The notes beneath the pieces were generated by a model. That model did no database searches. It saw only the letters and a program-made list of their open reading frames with translations, and was not told the origin of the DNA. This document shows positions 59,410 to 64,000 of a DNA stretch of 64,000 bases, piece by piece. Numbering within the stretch: position 1 is the stretch's first letter; every line of letters starts with the position of its first letter. The translations under genes were made by a program, and so were the position numbers. Source of the DNA: an uncultured Nitrososphaerota archaeon (GTDB lineage: Archaea > Thermoproteota > Nitrososphaeria > Nitrososphaerales > Gagatemarchaeaceae); contig OY969807.1 of NCBI GenBank assembly GCA_963703285.1, positions 960,001 through 1,024,000 on the forward strand. The letters run 5' to 3'.

Positions 59410-60378
59410 TTGAGTAGTTTGGACGGGAGAAGCCTCCCCCGTGTGGAGGAGATCGAAGCCGCGGCGGGGAGGATCCAGGGGGTCGCATCTCGCACCCCTC
59501 TCGTGGACTCGCCGGGCCTCTCGAAGAGGTTCGGACGGAAGGTGTACCTCAAGCTGGAGTGCTTCCAGCCGATTCGTGTGTTCAAGATCAGGGGTGCCTA
59601 CAACAAGCTCTCGCAGGTGGATGCGAAGGAGGTCATAGCCGTGTCGTCCGGGAACCACGGAATAGCGGTGGCTTATTCGGCCCGCGCCCTAGGCAAGAAG
59701 TGCACGGTCATCCTTCCCGAGAACCCCGTCAAGGAGAAGGCCGACGCCATCGCCGAGTACGGCGCAGAGGTAGTGAGGTTCGGGAAGTACCACAACGAAA
59801 GGGAGGAGAAGGCCAGGGAGATGGTGAAGGCGACGGGAGCGGCCCTCATCCACCCGTTCAATGACTTCGACGTCATCGCAGGGCAGGGGACGTGCGGGCT
59901 GGAGATCGCTGAGCAGCGGGCGGACATCGACTCGGTCATCGTGCCCGTCGGAGGCGGCGGGCTGATATCGGGAGTCTCAATCGCGATGAAGGCCAAGAAC
60001 CCGAAGGCGCGGATATTCGGGGTCGAGCCGGCGAGCGCGGCGAAGCTCACCGCCTCCATGAAGGCGGGCAGACTCGTGAGCGTCGACGACCCCCACTCGA
60101 TAGCCGACGGCCTGATTCCTCCGTCCGTCGGGGACCTGACCTACAGGGCGTGCAAGGAGAACGTAAGCGGCGTCTTCACCGTGAGCGAGGACGGTATAAT
60201 GGAAGCGATGAGACTGATGATGAGGGAAGCCAGGATCTTCCCCGAGCCTTCAGGTGCGGCCCCCCTCGCCGCGCTCCTCGAGGCCCCCGACGCGGATAAG
60301 CTCGGAGAGACGGTCGTTCTGATAGTCTCCGGGGGGAACGTCTCGCAGAGGCTCCTCGGTCAGATTCTCGCCTCCTGA
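59410..60378 (+). CDS. PLP-dependent threonine/serine dehydratase
   Basis: KLECFQ...FKIRGA, SSGNHG, PVGGGGL, EPSGA, SGGN. Confidence 0.93.
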   Translation: MSSLDGRSLPRVEEIEAAAGRIQGVASRTPLVDSPGLSKRFGRKVYLKLECFQPIRVFKIRGAYNKLSQVDAKEVIAVSSGNHGIAVAYSARALGKKCTVILPENPVKEKADAIAEYGAEVVRFGKYHNEREEKAREMVKATGAALIHPFNDFDVIAGQGTCGLEIAEQRADIDSVIVPVGGGGLISGVSIAMKAKNPKARIFGVEPASAAKLTASMKAGRLVSVDDPHSIADGLIPPSVGDLTYRACKENVSGVFTVSEDGIMEAMRLMMREARIFPEPSGAAPLAALLEAPDADKLGETVVLIVSGGNVSQRLLGQILAS

Positions 60379-60471
60379 CCGAGTCAGACGGACGCGTCTG
60401 GCCCCCCTCACGCGCTGGAGGCTCTTCGGGGTATCGTTGTTTATAAGACGACCCAATGTCTCGGGCCGACG

Positions 60472-62239
60472 ATGTCGAGCGAGATAGCCAACAAGCTCTC
60501 GGAGCAGACCAGAGGACTCGTTTCGAGGTTCGAAGTGAAGGTCGCGGGTTTCGGCGGCAGGGACGACCTGCTCGGGCTACTGAAGTCGCTCGACCGCGAC
60601 GCCGCCAGCGCTTTCGCCCGAGGTTACTTCGGCGAGGGCGAACACCTCGCCATAGGCATCGACGGCTCGCGGGATTTCGACGAGAGGCTCCAGATGATGC
60701 TATTCTACGCCAATGCTACGGGATACTCGTGCCCCTTCCACGTCGACCGGGGGGTGACCTTCGACCTGGCAAAGGCAAGGAGGGAGGGCCGGCTCTCGGC
60801 GTCGGCAGCCATCCCTCTCTGGGCGGAGGATTTCTCCGATGTGATGCCAGACCTGCCCGAAGTCGAGCTGGAACTCGAGTACACGATGCAGAGGATCCCG
60901 AACGCCTTCATGACGCTGGCTGAGCTCTACCTAGGGTTGAAGGCTACCGAGAAGGCAAGGATCGTCTTCATGGACAGGCCCCTCTCGGGGACCTACTCGA
61001 CTCTCGCCAGGGACGCGAGGCTGCTCATCAAGACGGGGAGGACCAACCTCTCTAGGCTCCAGGGACAGGAGGGTCGGAACACGATGATGGACCTCAACCT
61101 TGCGCTGAGCATCGGGCCCCCTTCCGTGGCGATTCCTGACCGAGGGAGATATGCACCGTACAGGGCTCTGCGCGCCCTGATGAGCGGGGAGCTCACCCGG
61201 AGCGAACTCGCGCGGGAGTTCTCCCTCGATGACAGGCAGTTGGCGACGACGCTAAGGGGTCTCAAGAGGATCAACGAGAGGTACTCCGGAGACCTCCTCG
61301 AGGACGAAGGGGAGAGGATCAGAGATCGGAGACGGGGCGAAGGGCTACTGGGAGAATTCCGTCGGGCTCGCGGAGACGTACGCCAAGAGGGTGTACGAAG
61401 GAGGAGAGCCGCCTCTCAACGCGGGAGGTGACGAATGGCTCACAATCCTCGACGTGAACACCATCGCCCTCGTCCTGCTCATGCGGCTCTGCGAGCTCTC
61501 AATCAGGAGGAAGGTCCTCCTCGTGGGCATCGCGAAGGACACTACGGCCACCGACATAAACAGGGCGGTTCTCCCCTTCGCGGCGTCCAAGGGGCTGGTC
61601 GCCCTTAGGGCCGACCCCCCGGGTCTCAACAACGACCGCGCCTTCCTGAGCGTCCTGAGCTCGATGAACCGGAACTTCCAGATACCCTGGAGGACGGCCG
61701 GATACGACTCGGCGTTCTCCACCATCTTCGCTCCCAAGGGGGGCGGGAGGTTCAGGGCAGCCAGGAGGGTGGTGTCCCGCGAGGAGCTGTTCGTCCGCGG
61801 GTACTTCCAGTCGGGCAGCCTGGGCAACAGGGGGAAGATCAGGTCCCAGGTCTTCCTCTTCGACCGGGTGTTCGACCCGTCCTCGGACGGAGGCTCGCTT
61901 AACAGCCTGGAGGTCGAAGAGTCGCACAAGCTGTCCGTGATAACTCCCTACTTCGAGGGAGGGGAGCTCTGCCAGGTGTCGAACATGGTTCTCCACATCC
62001 TCTCACTCACCGACAACCCAGAGGTCTACGAGGCCTTCGGACACAACCAGCTCCTCTACCTGGCCGACAAGGCGGTGAAGTCCGAGATCCGGCTGATGCG
62101 CAGCTCCCTGAGGGGGGTAGCCGACCTAAGGCTCGGCGCAATCGCGAAGCGCGAGCAGGTCTACGGGATCATGACGCCTTATAGAGACCAGCGGTCGGAG
62201 GCGGAGGCGTCGCGCATGAGAGAGGCATCCAGAAGTTGA
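60472..62239 (+). CDS. nurA: NurA nuclease with internal wHTH, +1 frameshift near 61323
   Basis: IGIDGS, VFMDRPLSG, VGIAKD, GHNQLLYLADK; directly upstream of herA. Confidence 0.85.
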
Positions 62240-64000
62240 GCAAGATGACCGAGGGGATCTTCGATGACATGGACGGGAAGTTCGACGCGAGGCTCAGGAG
62301 GATATTCCAGAGCACGAAGACCGCGAAGAACGGGGACCAGGAGATAGTGGTTACAAACAGCGTCGCCGCGGTGGAGGCGCGCTTCGACTTCCGGACCCTC
62401 GAGCGGCTCTACTCCCCGAACTTCATCGCCATAGAGAGGCAGGGAGGCGGCGAGGGGAGGTACCTGATATTCGAGGTCGTCGGGGTGAACCCCATCCACT
62501 TCCAGATGCTGGGCATGGATGTCTCGATGCCGACCGTCCTGCGCCGCGAGTATCTCGACACGATAAGCGAGAGCTGGGGGAAGTCCCAGGAGACCTGGAT
62601 CGACATGGGGGCGATACCCACGTGGTACTCGATGACGGTCGAGGACGGAAGGCCCACGTTCGAGAGGTCGCGGATGCTGCCCCTGGCCGGGGCCAAGGCC
62701 TTCTTGCTCTCGAGGAGCACGGTGGAGGAGTTCCTCTGCGTCCCGAAGGGCGAGGTGGTGGGGACGATGCTCGGGTTCGAGCTTCCCCTCACGATAAGCC
62801 TCGAGAACCTCATCAGATTCCACGCGGGTTTTTTCGGATTCAGCGTTGATGGTGCCGAACCGATAATCTACAGACGGGCCGGTGAAATCAAGGTCGCCAA
62901 GATAGGAGACCTTGTCGACGGCTTCTATCAGGATTCCCAAGAGGGCCTGGTCTGCGCGTCGGGTATCGAGGTCGTCTGTTTCGACAAGGAAACGCTCACG
63001 GTGAAGTGGGCCCCTCTCCAGTACGTCTTCAGGCATCATTACGACGGAGAGCTCCTGAAGCTCAAGCTGCGGACGGGGCGGGAGGTGACTGTTACCCCTG
63101 CTCACTCGGTCTTCGTCGCGAGAGAGGGGCGCGTGACCAGCATTCCCTCATCTGAAATCGTCGTCGGAGATCATGTGGTAGGGTCCCGGGAGATTCCGGT
63201 GCAGTCGGAACGAACCGTGAAACTAGACTTCCTAGAGTTGTTCTCTAAGGAAGTGGGGATAAGGCTGAACTCCATTCCCAAGGACCTTCTTCCGAGGGGA
63301 TTCATGCCGGCCTCGGGGAAGACAACGGAGTGGAAATGGAGAAGGAGGGGAATGATTCCCATCTCATGTGCTGGTCGACTTCCTGAAGCTGCCCTCTCAC
63401 GGGCGCGTATCTCGTACAAAGGTTTCGATGCGGGGCTACCGCTGTCTTTGGAGATTGATGATTCGCTGGCTGGCCTGCTGGGGTACTATGTGGCCGAGGG
63501 GCACGTAACGATTGACCGAAGACGAGGCTATCGCGTTCAATTCACGCTGGGCGAGAAGGATTCCGATATTGTCGGCGAGATAAGTGAAACGGCGGCGAGA
63601 CTCGGAATGAGAGCCAGGGTATCCGCTCACGGTAAGCACGGTGTTCGAGTGACGATCTCCAACAGGTTACTAACCAAGATCGTGTCCGAACTTTGCGGCC
63701 GCGGAGCCAGGAACAAGCGGGTACCTCGACCAATCCTAAACTCTCCGGTTGCTGTTCGCCGGGCTTTCATTCGGGCATGGATCAAGGGGGACTACGGAGT
63801 TACAAGCTCCCGCCTCTTGATAAACGACATCATGTACCTCCTCCTGATGGAGGGCTGCGCCGCGACTTCCACCTTATGGAAAACCGATTCTCCAGTCTAC
63901 ATCGAGGGCAGAAGGATAAAGGCCGGAATTCACTATCAGCTGAAGTTCCCTACGGCCGAAGAAATCATCCACGGAACGTGGAGAACACAACGAGCTCGCG
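62236..64000 (+). CDS. herA: HerA/DUF87 ATPase interrupted by an intein (3' truncated; not in ORF track)
   Basis: TTG overlaps nurA TGA; frame open to window end; HAS-barrel-like N-terminus, then HAGFFGF start of Walker A. Confidence 0.88.
   Translation, partial: MSKMTEGIFDDMDGKFDARLRRIFQSTKTAKNGDQEIVVTNSVAAVEARFDFRTLERLYSPNFIAIERQGGGEGRYLIFEVVGVNPIHFQMLGMDVSMPTVLRREYLDTISESWGKSQETWIDMGAIPTWYSMTVEDGRPTFERSRMLPLAGAKAFLLSRSTVEEFLCVPKGEVVGTMLGFELPLTISLENLIRFHAGFFGFSVDGAEPIIYRRAGEIKVAKIGDLVDGFYQDSQEGLVCASGIEVVCFDKETLTVKWAPLQYVFRHHYDGELLKLKLRTGREVTVTPAHSVFVAREGRVTSIPSSEIVVGDHVVGSREIPVQSERTVKLDFLELFSKEVGIRLNSIPKDLLPRGFMPASGKTTEWKWRRRGMIPISCAGRLPEAALSRARISYKGFDAGLPLSLEIDDSLAGLLGYYVAEGHVTIDRRRGYRVQFTLGEKDSDIVGEISETAARLGMRARVSAHGKHGVRVTISNRLLTKIVSELCGRGARNKRVPRPILNSPVAVRRAFIRAWIKGDYGVTSSRLLINDIMYLLLMEGCAATSTLWKTDSPVYIEGRRIKAGIHYQLKFPTAEEIIHGTWRTQRAR
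62842..64000 (+). mobile_element. Intein with LAGLIDADG homing endonuclease
   Basis: Block A SVDGAEPIIY, block B VTVTPAHSVF, block C LLGYYVAEG, NKRVP, block E FIRAWIKGDYG. Confidence 0.92.

Overview
Archaeal chromosome segment, most likely from a non-ammonia-oxidising Nitrososphaerota (Thaumarchaeota) of an acidic habitat. This placement is inferred from TBP, a stand-alone ESCRT-III/CdvB, thermosome, GGPP synthase and GGR, intron-containing tRNAs, and S/T-rich secreted proteases. About 21-64 kb is mostly GC-rich housekeeping DNA: lipid synthesis, PolX, peptidases, thermosome, nurA-herA with a LAGLIDADG intein, a solo TnpB, and an HTH-HNH gene preceded by a probable structured ncRNA. Three tRNAs (20.7, 39.3 and 44.1 kb) carry four BHB introns, three at non-canonical sites. 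About 1-20.6 kb is a compositionally mosaic accessory region. The 3.7-20.6 kb part lies beside tRNA-Glu and is bounded by a ~55-bp direct repeat (hairpin plus tandem tRNA T-loop motifs). It carries the most interesting candidate system, an extracytoplasmic redox chain in two operons, each preceded by a paralogous regulator. One operon is a Tat-exported PaoABC/XDH-family molybdoenzyme with an atypical active site. The other encodes a beta-helix protein, Tat-NrfC, an NrfD/ActC with an internal twin-arginine signal, a CuA-like cupredoxin (apparent ACG start) and a MoaD/ubiquitin-like protein with a Tat signal. Several single-base frameshifts, including in thermosome and nurA, suggest sequencing or assembly errors. 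All calls come from reading motifs by eye; no searches were run.
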